Positions 17,514 through 27,323 of a DNA stretch of 64,000 nt are shown here, in pieces; within the stretch, counting starts at the first letter, position 1, and every line of letters begins with the position of its first letter. Source of the DNA: Oscillospiraceae bacterium (lineage in GTDB: Bacteria; Bacillota; Clostridia; Oscillospirales; Oscillospiraceae); the NCBI GenBank assembly GCA_022792495.1, contig JAAWBD010000093.1:1155-65154 (forward strand). The letters are read 5' to 3'. A program made the position numbers and the translations under genes. Below the pieces are notes generated by a model. The model was not told where the DNA came from. It worked only from the letters and a program-made list of their open reading frames with translations, and searched no databases.

Positions 17514-18512
17514 TTACCACTTGTCCGCTCCCTCCTGCTCGGGCAGCACCTCAGTAAGGGCGCGGATGCCCACCTCAATCATGCTGTCGTCAGGCTCGAA
17601 GGTGGTCCAGCGCTGGATGGCCATCCCAGGGGTGCGAACCAGGCGGCAGAAGCCGCTGTCGTGGCCTCCCACGTAGCGGTTGAATTCGTAGGTGACGCTG
17701 ACGATGAGGGGAAGCATCAATAGGTGGGCTCCCATCCGCAGGAGGGTGTTGTCCACCCTGACCAGAGAGAATACCACGCTGGACAGAAGGATGGACACCA
17801 CAATGACCACAAAGAGGAAGCTGGTGCCGCAGCGGGGATGGTGCTTGGGCTGCTTCCTCACATTCTCCACCGTCAAGGGGAGCCCCGCCTCGTAGCAGAA
17901 GATGGTCTTGTGCTCCGCCCCATGATATTGAAAGGTGCGGTGGATATCCTTCATTCTGGAGCAGAGGATCAGGTAGAGCAGGAAAATGACCACCTTCAAA
18001 ATGCCCTCGATCAGATTTCTTCCCCACCCGGGACAGCCGGGGAACAGGCGAACTGCCAAGCCCCCCAGGGCGGTGGGCAGCAGGATGAACAGGCCGATGG
18101 AAAAGGCCATGCCCATGATCACCGCCAGAGTAATGACTAGACTGGTCAGCTTTTCGCTGCCCAGCCATTTGTCCAGCCACTGCTCGAATTTAGAGGGCTC
18201 CTCCTCCGTCTCCTCCTCCGGATAAAACTCCGCCGAATACATCAGGGCGGTGACCCCGTTGTACATGGAGGAGCCGAAATTCACCACTCCTCGGATCAGG
18301 GGCAGGCCCACAAAGGGATATCTGTCCTTCAAGGCCCTCCGGGCCTCGGTCTTGACCTCCAGCTCCCCGTCGGGCTTACGCACCACAATGGACTTTTTGT
18401 CGGGCCCCATCATCAGGATCCCCTCGATCAGAGCCTGTCCCCCAATCATGGTCTTGAACCCGCCGGCAGCCAGGGAGAGCAGCATCCTCAGTCGTTTTAT
18501 ATATTTCAACAC
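17514..18512 (-). CDS. DUF1385-family membrane protein
   Basis: IGGQALIEG, FQYHGAEHK, HPRCGTSF; upstream of prmC; exact start uncertain. Confidence 0.92.
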   Translation of the reverse strand: MLKYIKRLRMLLSLAAGGFKTMIGGQALIEGILMMGPDKKSIVVRKPDGELEVKTEARRALKDRYPFVGLPLIRGVVNFGSSMYNGVTALMYSAEFYPEEETEEEPSKFEQWLDKWLGSEKLTSLVITLAVIMGMAFSIGLFILLPTALGGLAVRLFPGCPGWGRNLIEGILKVVIFLLYLILCSRMKDIHRTFQYHGAEHKTIFCYEAGLPLTVENVRKQPKHHPRCGTSFLFVVIVVSILLSSVVFSLVRVDNTLLRMGAHLLMLPLIVSVTYEFNRYVGGHDSGFCRLVRTPGMAIQRWTTFEPDDSMIEVGIRALTEVLPEQEGADKW

Positions 18513-18617
18513 AGAAAACCCCTTTGGTAAAATAAAAATGAAAAGCGAAAAGGCCGGGACTGTCCCGCAAACCTCCGCCGGCCCATCCCCTCTTCCCCTT
18601 TTTGCCTCTTATTTTTC

Positions 18618-18646
18618 ATTATAACAGACCCATCCCTCTTTTTCAA
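18618..18646 (-). promoter_or_regulatory. sigmaA promoter of the DUF1385-prmC-recA region
   Basis: TTGAAA-17-TATAAT with extended TG. Confidence 0.65.
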
Positions 18647-18670
18647 GAAGGATGGGCGAAAAATTAGAAC

Positions 18671-20101
18671 TTATGTTCCATTCACTGTAGGCAGACCCAC
18701 AGGGAGGCGGACAGTGACAAGGCACCCGCCCCCCTCCGCGTTGTCAATGAGCAGCTCCCCCCCATGCCGTCCCACGATCTCGTCGCAGACAGCCAGGCCA
18801 ATGCCTGAGCCCCGGGCCTTGGAGGAGCCCTTGTAAAACTTGGTTTTCAGGTGGGGCAGCTCGTCCACCGGGACTCCAGGGCCGTAATCCCGGATGGTGA
18901 TAACCCCCCACTCCTCCTCCCGGCGGATGGCGCAATCGATGCGCCCGCCGCTGCCTCCGTGCTTGGCGGCGTTGTCCATCAGGTTGCAGAACACCTGCCG
19001 CAGCCGCTCCGGATCGGCGTCCACAGGGGGAAATTCCTCCTCATCATCCTTATAGGTCAGCTCAATGCCATCCTTGCGGAAAAACTCCCGGTAGGTGTAT
19101 ACCGCATCCTCGAACTCCGCCTTCAGATCCACCGGCTCCACCGACAGGGTGAACCGGCCATCCTCGATCCGGGAAAACTCCAGCAGCTCCTCCACCATGT
19201 TGGTCAGCCGCTTGGCCTCAGAGACAATGATGCCCATGCCCTTGCGCACGTCCTCCGCATCCCGGACCTCCCCCCGCTGGATGGTCTCGGCCCAGCCGTT
19301 GATGGCGGTAAGGGGGGTCCGAAGTTCGTGGGAGACCGAGGAGATAAACTCGCTTTTCAGCTTCTCCGCCTGGTCGATCTGGGTGGACATATCGTTGATC
19401 GCGTCGGTAAGGTCGCCGATCTCGTCGTCATGCTGCTTCTCGATTTGGATCCCGTAGCTGCCACCCGCGATCCGCTTGGTGATCTCGGTAATGCCCGCCA
19501 CCGGCTCCACAATGGATTTCACAAAATACAGGTTGGAGAAGTAGACCAGCATCAGGATCACCAGCCCTACCGCCGCCGTGATGGAGATCACAAGGATCAT
19601 CTGCCGATCCACCAGCCGCAGGGAGGTGACATACCGCACAGCCGCCACCGCCCGCCCGTCGAAAAGGACAGGGACGGTCACCGCCATGATATGCTCCCCG
19701 GTGGAGGGATCTGTCCCCGTCCAGGGGGTGGTCTTTGGCTCCTCCGGGTCGAGAGCCCCGGCGATATCCGGCGTTCCGGGCGAGCTGTAGGCCGCCAGGC
19801 CGAAGGTGGAAAACCGGATAGTGCCGTTGGCCCCCAGGAACTGCATCTCCACTTTGTCCTTGCCCTCGTAATTGTTGTTCACATAGGTGACCACATGCTG
19901 ATAGTACTCGTTTTGGGTGGAATATTCTCTGAAAAACTCTACCACATACTCCGCCTTGGTCTGAAGTCCGTTGGAGAGAGTAGCGTAGTAATATCCCCCC
20001 AGGGACACGGAGAAAGCGGTGATGGCGAACAAAATGACAAACAGCACCACGCCGATGGAGTTGGTCATCCACCGACGCCGGATCCCTTTTACCTTTGGCA
20101 T
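18671..20101 (-). CDS. HAMP-domain sensor histidine kinase
   Basis: Two TM segments, HAMP, SHELRTPL H-box, DYGPGV, GSGIGL. Confidence 0.95.
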   Translation of the reverse strand: MPKVKGIRRRWMTNSIGVVLFVILFAITAFSVSLGGYYYATLSNGLQTKAEYVVEFFREYSTQNEYYQHVVTYVNNNYEGKDKVEMQFLGANGTIRFSTFGLAAYSSPGTPDIAGALDPEEPKTTPWTGTDPSTGEHIMAVTVPVLFDGRAVAAVRYVTSLRLVDRQMILVISITAAVGLVILMLVYFSNLYFVKSIVEPVAGITEITKRIAGGSYGIQIEKQHDDEIGDLTDAINDMSTQIDQAEKLKSEFISSVSHELRTPLTAINGWAETIQRGEVRDAEDVRKGMGIIVSEAKRLTNMVEELLEFSRIEDGRFTLSVEPVDLKAEFEDAVYTYREFFRKDGIELTYKDDEEEFPPVDADPERLRQVFCNLMDNAAKHGGSGGRIDCAIRREEEWGVITIRDYGPGVPVDELPHLKTKFYKGSSKARGSGIGLAVCDEIVGRHGGELLIDNAEGGGCLVTVRLPVGLPTVNGT

Positions 20102-20175
20102 TTTGTCCCCCCTCCTTCCCTTACCCGGCCGCGCTGCGGGCTTCACATCAGCGGCCGTTCTGCTCCTTCACGCCA

Positions 20176-20865
20176 TCAGAAGCCCCACTTATACCCAAAT
20201 CCCCACACAGTGGTGATATAGCTGGGATTGGTAGGGTCGTCCTCGATCTTGATACGCAGACGGCGGATGTTCACGTCCACGATCTTCACCTCGCCGAAGT
20301 AGTCCTTACCCCACACCGAATCCAGGATCTCCTCCCGACTCAGGGCCTTGCCGATGTTGTCCATAAAGAGCTTTACGATGGAGTACTCCACCTGGGTCAG
20401 CTTCACCCGCTGGCCGTTCTTCTCCAGAGTACGGTTCCGGGTATTAAGCAGGAAGGGAGGACAGCTGATCTCCCCGGTATCCACCGCCGGCTCCCCGGAG
20501 GCCCGGCGGCAAAGGGCGTCGATCCGGGCGGTGAGCTCCGCGGGGGAGAATGGCTTGGTCACATAGTCGTCCGCCCCGGTCATCAGACCCGTTACCTTGT
20601 CCATCTCCTGGGTTCGGGCGGTGAGCATGATGATCCCGATCCGGTTATTCCCCGCCCGGATCCGGCGGCAGACCTCAAAGCCGTCGGTGTCGGGCAGCAT
20701 CACATCCAACAAGGCCACATCCACATCAGGGTTCCGCTTCAGCTGCTCCAGGGCCTCCTGCCCCGTCCCGGCCTCTACGGTCTCGTAGCCCGCTCGTTTG
20801 AGATTGATGACGATGAAGGAACGGATGTTAGCTTCATCCTCCAGTACCAGTACTTTCTTTGCCAT
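20176..20865 (-). CDS. OmpR-family response regulator
   Basis: LEDE, LLDVMLP, GADDYVTKPFS, TVWGFGY. Confidence 0.96.
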   Translation of the reverse strand: MAKKVLVLEDEANIRSFIVINLKRAGYETVEAGTGQEALEQLKRNPDVDVALLDVMLPDTDGFEVCRRIRAGNNRIGIIMLTARTQEMDKVTGLMTGADDYVTKPFSPAELTARIDALCRRASGEPAVDTGEISCPPFLLNTRNRTLEKNGQRVKLTQVEYSIVKLFMDNIGKALSREEILDSVWGKDYFGEVKIVDVNIRRLRIKIEDDPTNPSYITTVWGFGYKWGF

Positions 20866-20903
20866 ATCGCTTCACTCCCTGTCAATTTGATCTTTTGTCT
20901 GAA

Positions 20904-22295
20904 TCAATATCTGCCGTACCAGTCGGTGCGGATAATGGAGAACCTCTCCCGTACAGTCTCCTCGGTAAGGCCGCTGTCCCAGCCCTCCCGGAACTCGGCC
21001 ACGTAGATGGTGGCCGCCTCCTCCGGACGGTCCAGGGCGTTCATGGGGTACAGCAGGAACCTGTTCCCCGCCTGGGCACGGGCCACCCGGCTGGAGCCGG
21101 TGAGTTTGTAGATGGTCAGGAAGGGCTTGGGATCTGTGGCCGCCTCCCCCTGCCAGTAGGAGAAGGTAACGCTCCTCTCCCCTCCCCCGGGCAGGTCGCT
21201 GCGGGACAGGGTCAGGTTGTTGTCCCACTCATCGGGCAGGATAAAATACCAGCCATCCCGGTCATTGTGGTAGGTGGTAAACACCTGGCTGGGCCTCCCC
21301 TGAAGATCGAACTGCCGCCAGTGGATCAGCCAGAAGTTCACCGTATCGCTGGTGATCCGGTAGTCTACCAGGGGCACCGGCTGGGGCAGCTCCATGACCC
21401 CGTCCCCGTTGATGTCCCGGGGCGGCACCTGGGTGTAAAACCGGACGGTCTCCAGACTCTCCCCCAGCTCCCGGTCTAAGGTCACATTCTCCAGCTTCCC
21501 CTCCCGGATGGCAAAAACATCAGTGATGGCCCCGTTCTCCCCATAGGAGGAGGTGGCGAAAATGGCGGGAACCCGATCCATCAGATACCCGCTCTGGATG
21601 GAGGTCAGGTAGTCGCCCTTGACCGCGCCGTCCCCCCCTACATAGGCCCCCACCGACAGGGGTGCCTCGCTGGTTTTCTCCAGTACCCCGTTGAAATCAT
21701 AGAACTCCGCCTGGGGCACGTTCCCCCCGGCGGTGCGGAACACCACCAGCTCCTGCTGGTTGTCCTGATCCAGATCGCACAGGCGGTAGCCGTCGTAGTC
21801 GGTTCTCATCAGCTCCTCCACCTGCTCTGGCCCGATGGAGTAGGCAGCCAGGGAGTGGACCTGGGCGGTCATCTGCCAGGAGACCACCACCTCCTTGAAC
21901 GGCTCGTCATCCATCTGCACATAATCCACACAGTTGATAGCCGTCCCCGCTCCCTCAATGACGGCCAGGGTCTCATACTCCTCCCCCACCTGGCGGAAGA
22001 TGTAGATCTTCAACGGCTTCTCCTCACTGGGCAGGCGGAAAAAGGCGATAGCCTCCTGCTTTCCGTCCCCGTTCAGATCCTGAAGCTGTACCGACTGGAT
22101 CATCTCTCCCGTCAAAGGGGCCGCGTACTCCCCGCCCATGTCCGCCACCTCACCGAGGCGGGCCTGAAGGGCTTCGTAATCCTTGGGGGGCTGGGGCACG
22201 GCGTAGAGATCCTCCACCGGCAGGAACACACAGCCGCTGAGCAGAACGCACAAAAGGACGGCCAGTCCAAGGACTTTGCCCTTTTCTCCTCTCAT
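20904..22295 (-). CDS. Lipoprotein with FG-GAP/VCBS-like repeats, linked to the two-component system
   Basis: Lipobox LSGC; DLNGDG, DLDQDN and DINGDG motifs. Confidence 0.8.
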   Translation of the reverse strand: MRGEKGKVLGLAVLLCVLLSGCVFLPVEDLYAVPQPPKDYEALQARLGEVADMGGEYAAPLTGEMIQSVQLQDLNGDGKQEAIAFFRLPSEEKPLKIYIFRQVGEEYETLAVIEGAGTAINCVDYVQMDDEPFKEVVVSWQMTAQVHSLAAYSIGPEQVEELMRTDYDGYRLCDLDQDNQQELVVFRTAGGNVPQAEFYDFNGVLEKTSEAPLSVGAYVGGDGAVKGDYLTSIQSGYLMDRVPAIFATSSYGENGAITDVFAIREGKLENVTLDRELGESLETVRFYTQVPPRDINGDGVMELPQPVPLVDYRITSDTVNFWLIHWRQFDLQGRPSQVFTTYHNDRDGWYFILPDEWDNNLTLSRSDLPGGGERSVTFSYWQGEAATDPKPFLTIYKLTGSSRVARAQAGNRFLLYPMNALDRPEEAATIYVAEFREGWDSGLTEETVRERFSIIRTDWYGRY

Positions 22296-22428
22296 TCTCC
22301 CTCCCCCTTTCCGTCAGAAAATACTCAGTTACCGTCATTCTACCACATCCAGAAGAAAAATGATATGGTTTCTCCAAACTTTTTTACAGAAAAAACGGGA
22401 AACCGCCAGCAGACGGATTCCCGTTTTT

Positions 22429-23214
22429 TCAGATCAGACCGAAGTGGGCAAAAGCCTGGTATATCCCATCTTCCTCACACGCTGCCGTCACATACCCGGC
22501 GGAGGCCTTCACCTCCGCCGTGCCGTTGCCCATGGCCACAGGCACGCCCACGTGCTCCAGCATGGTCAGGTCATTCCCGCTGTCCCCTACAGCCATGACC
22601 TCCCCGGGAGAGAGCCCAAACCGGGCCATCATAGCCTCGATTCCCGCCTGCTTCCCCCCCTCCAGGCTGCACACGTCGGTGATGCCTTCAGTCCAGCTGA
22701 CGGTGGTGCTGCGGTGCAGCAGGGGCCGGAGCCGTTCCATCTCCACCTCCCGATCCACATAGAGGGTGATAGCGTACACATCCCGCCCCGCGTCCATCTC
22801 CCCCACCTCCGGGATAGGCAGCTCCAGCCCGGCATTGTGCCGACGCACCCGCTCGTTCACCCGGCTGATGAGCACCCGATCCTCATAGGCGTAGGTGTAG
22901 GGGATCTCCAGCTTCCGGGCCAGCTCCTTGGTTCGGCCCACATCCCCCGGATCCAGGGGTTGCTTCAGCACCACCTCCCCCTCCCGGGTGAAGCAGTAGT
23001 GCCCTGTGAGACACACATACCCATCAAAGCAGTCGGGAAGCAGATCCATGATGTACCCCTCCTCCGGGATCCGGGTATGCCGTCCAGTGGCCACAAAGAG
23101 GAGGATCCCCCGTTCCTTCGCCCGCAGCAAGGCCTGGGCTGTCCGGGGGGAGGGCAGATGGGTTCTGGTGCTGACCAGGGTTCCATCCACGTCCAGAAAT
23201 ACCGCCCGGATCAT
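22429..23214 (-). CDS. Cof-type HAD hydrolase
   Basis: DVDGTL, ATGR, GDSGND. Confidence 0.93.
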   Translation of the reverse strand: MIRAVFLDVDGTLVSTRTHLPSPRTAQALLRAKERGILLFVATGRHTRIPEEGYIMDLLPDCFDGYVCLTGHYCFTREGEVVLKQPLDPGDVGRTKELARKLEIPYTYAYEDRVLISRVNERVRRHNAGLELPIPEVGEMDAGRDVYAITLYVDREVEMERLRPLLHRSTTVSWTEGITDVCSLEGGKQAGIEAMMARFGLSPGEVMAVGDSGNDLTMLEHVGVPVAMGNGTAEVKASAGYVTAACEEDGIYQAFAHFGLI

Positions 23215-23219
23215 CCTAA

Positions 23220-23951
23220 TCACAGGTGCCGGATCCGGGGCATATAGCGCTCCAGCATCCGGGCGTTATACTCGTCAGTGCCGGGACAGTTGCCGCTGCG
23301 GAAGACTTGAGGCTCCACCCCCTGCTCCTTCAGCAACTCACAGGCGGTGAGAACGATGGAGTTGGCGATGGCCAAGGTGGCGATGGTGGACACCGGCCCC
23401 GCCTTGGTGCCGTCCTCCCGAACCTGTATGGTGGCGTCCCCCACCGGCACATGGTTGTCAATGCACAGGTGGCATACGTCGGGCAGATGCTTGCCGTCGG
23501 CGCGGCGGGAGGGCTTCTCCAGGTACGCAAAGGAAGAGATGCCCATGACTCTGGCCCCCCTATCGGCAGCGTACTCCGCCACCTCCATGCCAAAGGGGTT
23601 GATGCCCGAGGTGGAGGCAATAAGCAGACAGTCCTTCTCCGAGATGGGATACCGCTCCATCACCAGGGGGGCATAGCCGCTCATCCGCTCAATCTGGCTG
23701 CTCTTGGCTGCCCCCTCGTGGAGCATGGCGGAGGTCTCGAAAATGGGGTACACCGCCGCCAGCCCCCCCGCCCGGTAGAACAGCTCCTCAGCCAGCATGT
23801 GGGAGTGTCCGCAGCCAAAAACATAGAGAAGCCCGTCTCCCTTCAGTACCTCCGCCAGAATGGCGCCGGCCTGCTGGATCTTCCCGGTCTCCTGCTCTAA
23901 AACCGCTTCCAGGGTATCGTTTACGTTTTTAAAATATTCCTGATAATACAT
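23220..23951 (-). CDS. Single-SIS-domain sugar-phosphate isomerase-like protein (UPF0309-like)
   Basis: FGCGHSH, LFYRAGGL, STSGIN, IDNH. Confidence 0.9.
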   Translation of the reverse strand: MYYQEYFKNVNDTLEAVLEQETGKIQQAGAILAEVLKGDGLLYVFGCGHSHMLAEELFYRAGGLAAVYPIFETSAMLHEGAAKSSQIERMSGYAPLVMERYPISEKDCLLIASTSGINPFGMEVAEYAADRGARVMGISSFAYLEKPSRRADGKHLPDVCHLCIDNHVPVGDATIQVREDGTKAGPVSTIATLAIANSIVLTACELLKEQGVEPQVFRSGNCPGTDEYNARMLERYMPRIRHL

Positions 23952-23982
23952 TTCCTTCCTCTCTCCTTCCGTATTTCCCGTT

Positions 23983-24711
23983 CTATTCCACATTGATGCT
24001 GATCTGGTACGAGTAGTTGTCTCCCCGGTACTTGGATTCGGTGTACTCCACGATCCGTCCGTTCTGATCCCGGCTCTGCCGGGTGATGCACAGGGCATGG
24101 GTGGGAACACCCTCCCCCAGCAGGGATTTCTCCCAGGGCTGCAAAAGCCCCACCTTGATATTCTGTTCGGCAGATACCGGCTTGACCCCGCATTTTTGGA
24201 ACATAATGTCATAGAGAGAGGAAGCATCGTCAATGCACTCCTTCACCATGCAGCCGATGGAACACTCCAGATAGCAGGTTTCAATGGCCACCGGCACCCC
24301 GTCGGCCAGCCGAAGCCTCTTCAGCAGGAGTACTGAAGTTCCCTCCTCCACCTGGAGCTGTTCAGCCACCCGGGCCGAGGCCAGCACCGTCTCCACCGCC
24401 AGCACCTGGGAGCTGCCCGTCATATGCCGGGCCTTCATATCCTGAGAGAAGCTGGTCAGGTAGTTCAAGGACTGCCGTATCTGATCCCGCCGCACAAAGG
24501 CCCCCTTCCCCTGGATCCGGTAGATCTCCCCCTCCTTCTCCAGCTCCTCCAGTGCCCGCCGCACCGTGGCCCGGCTCACCCGGTACCGCTCGCACAGCTC
24601 CCGCTCGGTGGGCAGGCAGCTCTCTGCGGCATATTGCAGCTCCCGGAGCAGCTCATGGAGCTCCCCCATCAGATAGGCGTATTTGGGCCCGCCTGTTCCC
24701 TTCCTCTCCAT
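23983..24711 (-). CDS. GntR/HutC-family regulator
   Basis: LPTERELCERYRVSRATVRRAL, QGKGAFV, UTRA domain. Confidence 0.95.
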   Translation of the reverse strand: MERKGTGGPKYAYLMGELHELLRELQYAAESCLPTERELCERYRVSRATVRRALEELEKEGEIYRIQGKGAFVRRDQIRQSLNYLTSFSQDMKARHMTGSSQVLAVETVLASARVAEQLQVEEGTSVLLLKRLRLADGVPVAIETCYLECSIGCMVKECIDDASSLYDIMFQKCGVKPVSAEQNIKVGLLQPWEKSLLGEGVPTHALCITRQSRDQNGRIVEYTESKYRGDNYSYQISINVE

Positions 24712-24852
24712 TCCGTCCCTCCCCGGCAGGAAATAGGATAACTTGTACTTTTCATACCAGTTGTACTATTTCCGCCCTTTTTCTGTCCTCTTCGTCTGTT
24801 TTCAGCAAAGTCCCATATTCCACAGCGCTTTGGCGGCATTTTTACTAAATCC

Positions 24853-24961
24853 ATTATACCAACTGGTTTGCAAACGCGCAATCTCTTTTTCCGTTTTTAT
24901 GAGATTTTTTTGATTTTTCTTTTTGATTTTAGTTGCATTTCAACAAGACAAGTGGTATTAT
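24853..24961. promoter_or_regulatory. Divergent promoters of the gntR-SIS-HAD and PTS operons
   Basis: Minus: TTGCGC(24881)-17-TATAAT. Plus: TTGCAT(24933)-17-TATTAT. Related ACCAGTTG(G)TA/ACAAGTGGTA motifs overlap both promoters and also occur near 24757. Confidence 0.55.
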
Positions 24962-25004
24962 CATTTTGGAAGGTTCTCATTATCTTACGAAACGAGGTGA
25001 TCCC

Positions 25005-25451
25005 ATGCCCGAGGAAAGCATCCTGGTGGAGAAAAGCAAGCTCCGGATCCATGTCCCCGCCGATACCTGGCAGGAGGCCATCGCCCAGGCGGGAGCCGTC
25101 CTGGAGGAGGCTGGCAGCATTACCCACGACTATATCGACGCCATGATATCCGCCGTGGAGGAGTTCGGCCCCTATATCGTCATCATGCCAGGCTTTGCCA
25201 TCGCCCACGCCGCCCCCTGTCCGGCGGTGAAGAGAGAGGACATCGCCCTGGTGACTCTGGAGAAGCCCCTGAACTTCGGCAGCCCCAACGACCCCGTCCT
25301 GGTCGTCCTGTGCGTGTCCTGCATCGACCACGACTCCCACCTCAATGCCCTGCAGAAGGTGGCCGAGGCCTTGGACTCCGAAGAGATCTTCCCCCAGATG
25401 GCGGCAGCCAGTACGGTGGATGAGCTGTTCGACATCCTCCACCACAGGTAA
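25005..25451 (+). CDS. PTS EIIA component (Fru/Mtl/Asc type)
   Basis: GPYIVIMPGFAIAHA phosphohistidine motif. Confidence 0.93.
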   Translation: MPEESILVEKSKLRIHVPADTWQEAIAQAGAVLEEAGSITHDYIDAMISAVEEFGPYIVIMPGFAIAHAAPCPAVKREDIALVTLEKPLNFGSPNDPVLVVLCVSCIDHDSHLNALQKVAEALDSEEIFPQMAAASTVDELFDILHHR

Positions 25452-25520
25452 GTCCCTGTTTTTCTTTGATATCATGGCTTTGGCCTGATATAAAATCCAG
25501 TTTTGAAATGAGGAGTGGCT

Positions 25521-25811
25521 ATGGAAGAACTGAAAATTCAGGCAGTGTGTGGCTTTGGATGCGGGTCTTCGCTTTTCCTGCGCATCAAGATCGATGAGGT
25601 ACTGAAAAAGCACGGCCTTGCCGCCCGCACCTTCTGTGGCGACGTGGGCACCGCCTGCTCCGCCGACTGCGATGTGATCTTCACCTCCCCTGAGCTGGCT
25701 GACCGCATGAAAGAGCGGGCCACGGTGCCCATCGTGGTCATCAACAGCTTTATGGATGAGAACGAGGTCACCGAGAAAGTACTGGCCTTTTTCCAAAGCA
25801 AAGAGTCCTGA
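25521..25811 (+). CDS. PTS EIIB component
   Basis: VCGFGCGSS phosphocysteine loop. Confidence 0.93.
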   Translation: MEELKIQAVCGFGCGSSLFLRIKIDEVLKKHGLAARTFCGDVGTACSADCDVIFTSPELADRMKERATVPIVVINSFMDENEVTEKVLAFFQSKES

Positions 25812-25849
25812 GAGAGAAAACCGTGATTTAGTATGAGGGAGGTTTTATT

Positions 25850-27133
25850 GTGAACGCTGTTCTTAACTTTATTATCACCCAAATTTTTGGCCAGGGTGCC
25901 ATCTTCATTTCCCTGATTGCCCTGATTGGCCTGCTTCTCCAGAAGAAATCCCTGGGCGAGGTCGTCCGCGGCACCTTTATGACCGCCATCGGCTACTTCG
26001 TCCTGAACCAGGGCGTAGGCATCGTCTCCAGTACTGTCACCGACATCGGCACCGCCTTCAGCTCCTTTATGCCCAAGGCTGTGCCCTCCACCCCCGTGGA
26101 TATTGGCGGCCAGTTCGGCACCCAGATTGGCCTGGTGATGATCATCGGCTTCGGCATCAACCTGCTGGTGGCCCGGTTCACCAAGCTTAAGTGCGTGTTC
26201 CTCACCGGCCATATGCTCTACTGGTTCCCCTACGTATTCATCGCCGCCGGCGTGGGCGCGGGCCTCACCGGGGCCCCCCTGGTCATCTTCGCCGGTGTCT
26301 TCACCGCCATCTACATGGTAGCCGCCCCCAACCTGATGCGGCCCCTGGTCAAGCAGGTCACCGGCACCGATTCCTTCTCCCTGGCCCACCCCACCACCAC
26401 CCTCTCCCTGGTGGCTGCCGGCGTGGCCAAAGTCACCGGCGACAAGAGCAAGTCCACCGAGGACATCAAGTTCCCCCAGGGCCTGAACTTCCTGCGGGAA
26501 ATCTCCATCACCGGCTCCATTGTGATCCTCATTACCTACCTGGTCATGGCTGTCATTCTGAAGGTCAACGGTCTGGTTCCCGGCGAGGTCTTCGGCTATG
26601 AGGCCGGCGGTGCCTTCACCTACTACTTCACCAAGTGCATGATGTTCGGCGTGGGCACCACCATCCTGCTCATGGGTGTGCGTATGCTCATCGCGGAGAT
26701 CGTCCCCGCCTTCCAGGGCATCGCCACCAAGGTGGTTCCCGGCGCCATCCCCGCTCTGGACTGCCCCGTGATTTTCAACTTCGCCCCTAACGCCCTGATC
26801 ATCGGCTTCCTGTGCGCTCTGGTGACCTCCACCCTGACCATCCTGATCACCCTGCCCATGGGCATCTTCCCCACCGTGGTCATCCCCCTGGCCTTCACCT
26901 GCTTCTTCGAGGCCGGCGCCGCCGCCATCGTCGCCAACGCTTACGGCGGCCTGCGGGGCTGCATCATCGCCTCCTTGGTCAACGGCATCATCATGGTTCT
27001 GCTGGTGGGCTTTGGCTCCTACTTCTTCATTAACACCATCAACGACTGGATGCTGGTCTACGGTGGCCAGGACTTCTCCCTGTGGGGGATCATCTCCGGC
27101 TCCGTGGCTCGTCTGCTGTCCATGGTGTTCTGA
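25850..27133 (+). CDS. PTS EIIC component, ascorbate (UlaA/SgaT) family
   Basis: FLTGH, SLAH, GVRMLIAEIVPAFQGI, PALDCP motifs. Confidence 0.93.
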   Translation: MNAVLNFIITQIFGQGAIFISLIALIGLLLQKKSLGEVVRGTFMTAIGYFVLNQGVGIVSSTVTDIGTAFSSFMPKAVPSTPVDIGGQFGTQIGLVMIIGFGINLLVARFTKLKCVFLTGHMLYWFPYVFIAAGVGAGLTGAPLVIFAGVFTAIYMVAAPNLMRPLVKQVTGTDSFSLAHPTTTLSLVAAGVAKVTGDKSKSTEDIKFPQGLNFLREISITGSIVILITYLVMAVILKVNGLVPGEVFGYEAGGAFTYYFTKCMMFGVGTTILLMGVRMLIAEIVPAFQGIATKVVPGAIPALDCPVIFNFAPNALIIGFLCALVTSTLTILITLPMGIFPTVVIPLAFTCFFEAGAAAIVANAYGGLRGCIIASLVNGIIMVLLVGFGSYFFINTINDWMLVYGGQDFSLWGIISGSVARLLSMVF

Positions 27134-27181
27134 GAAGCCGTCCCTGGCTCCACTCCTCATTTCAAGCCAATTCACCCCAAA

Positions 27182-27217
27182 AGGGAGCCGCCGGCCCAAG
27201 CCGGCGGCTCCCTCCTT
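27182..27217 (+). terminator. Terminator after the PTS operon
   Basis: agggagccgccggc-ccaa-gccggcggctccct. Confidence 0.7.
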
Positions 27218-27323
27218 TCCTCCCTCCCTCACAGAGACCCTCCTCACTTTTCCGCTCCCCCCTACCCAAATCCCTCCCTTTGTGGTAAAATATCTCCACC
27301 CCAATTAACAAGGAGACGTCCCC

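Noticed and set aside
25850-27133. Calling the PTS an ascorbate (ula) system
   Set aside because: The match is at family level only; ulaG/D/E/F are absent from the locus.
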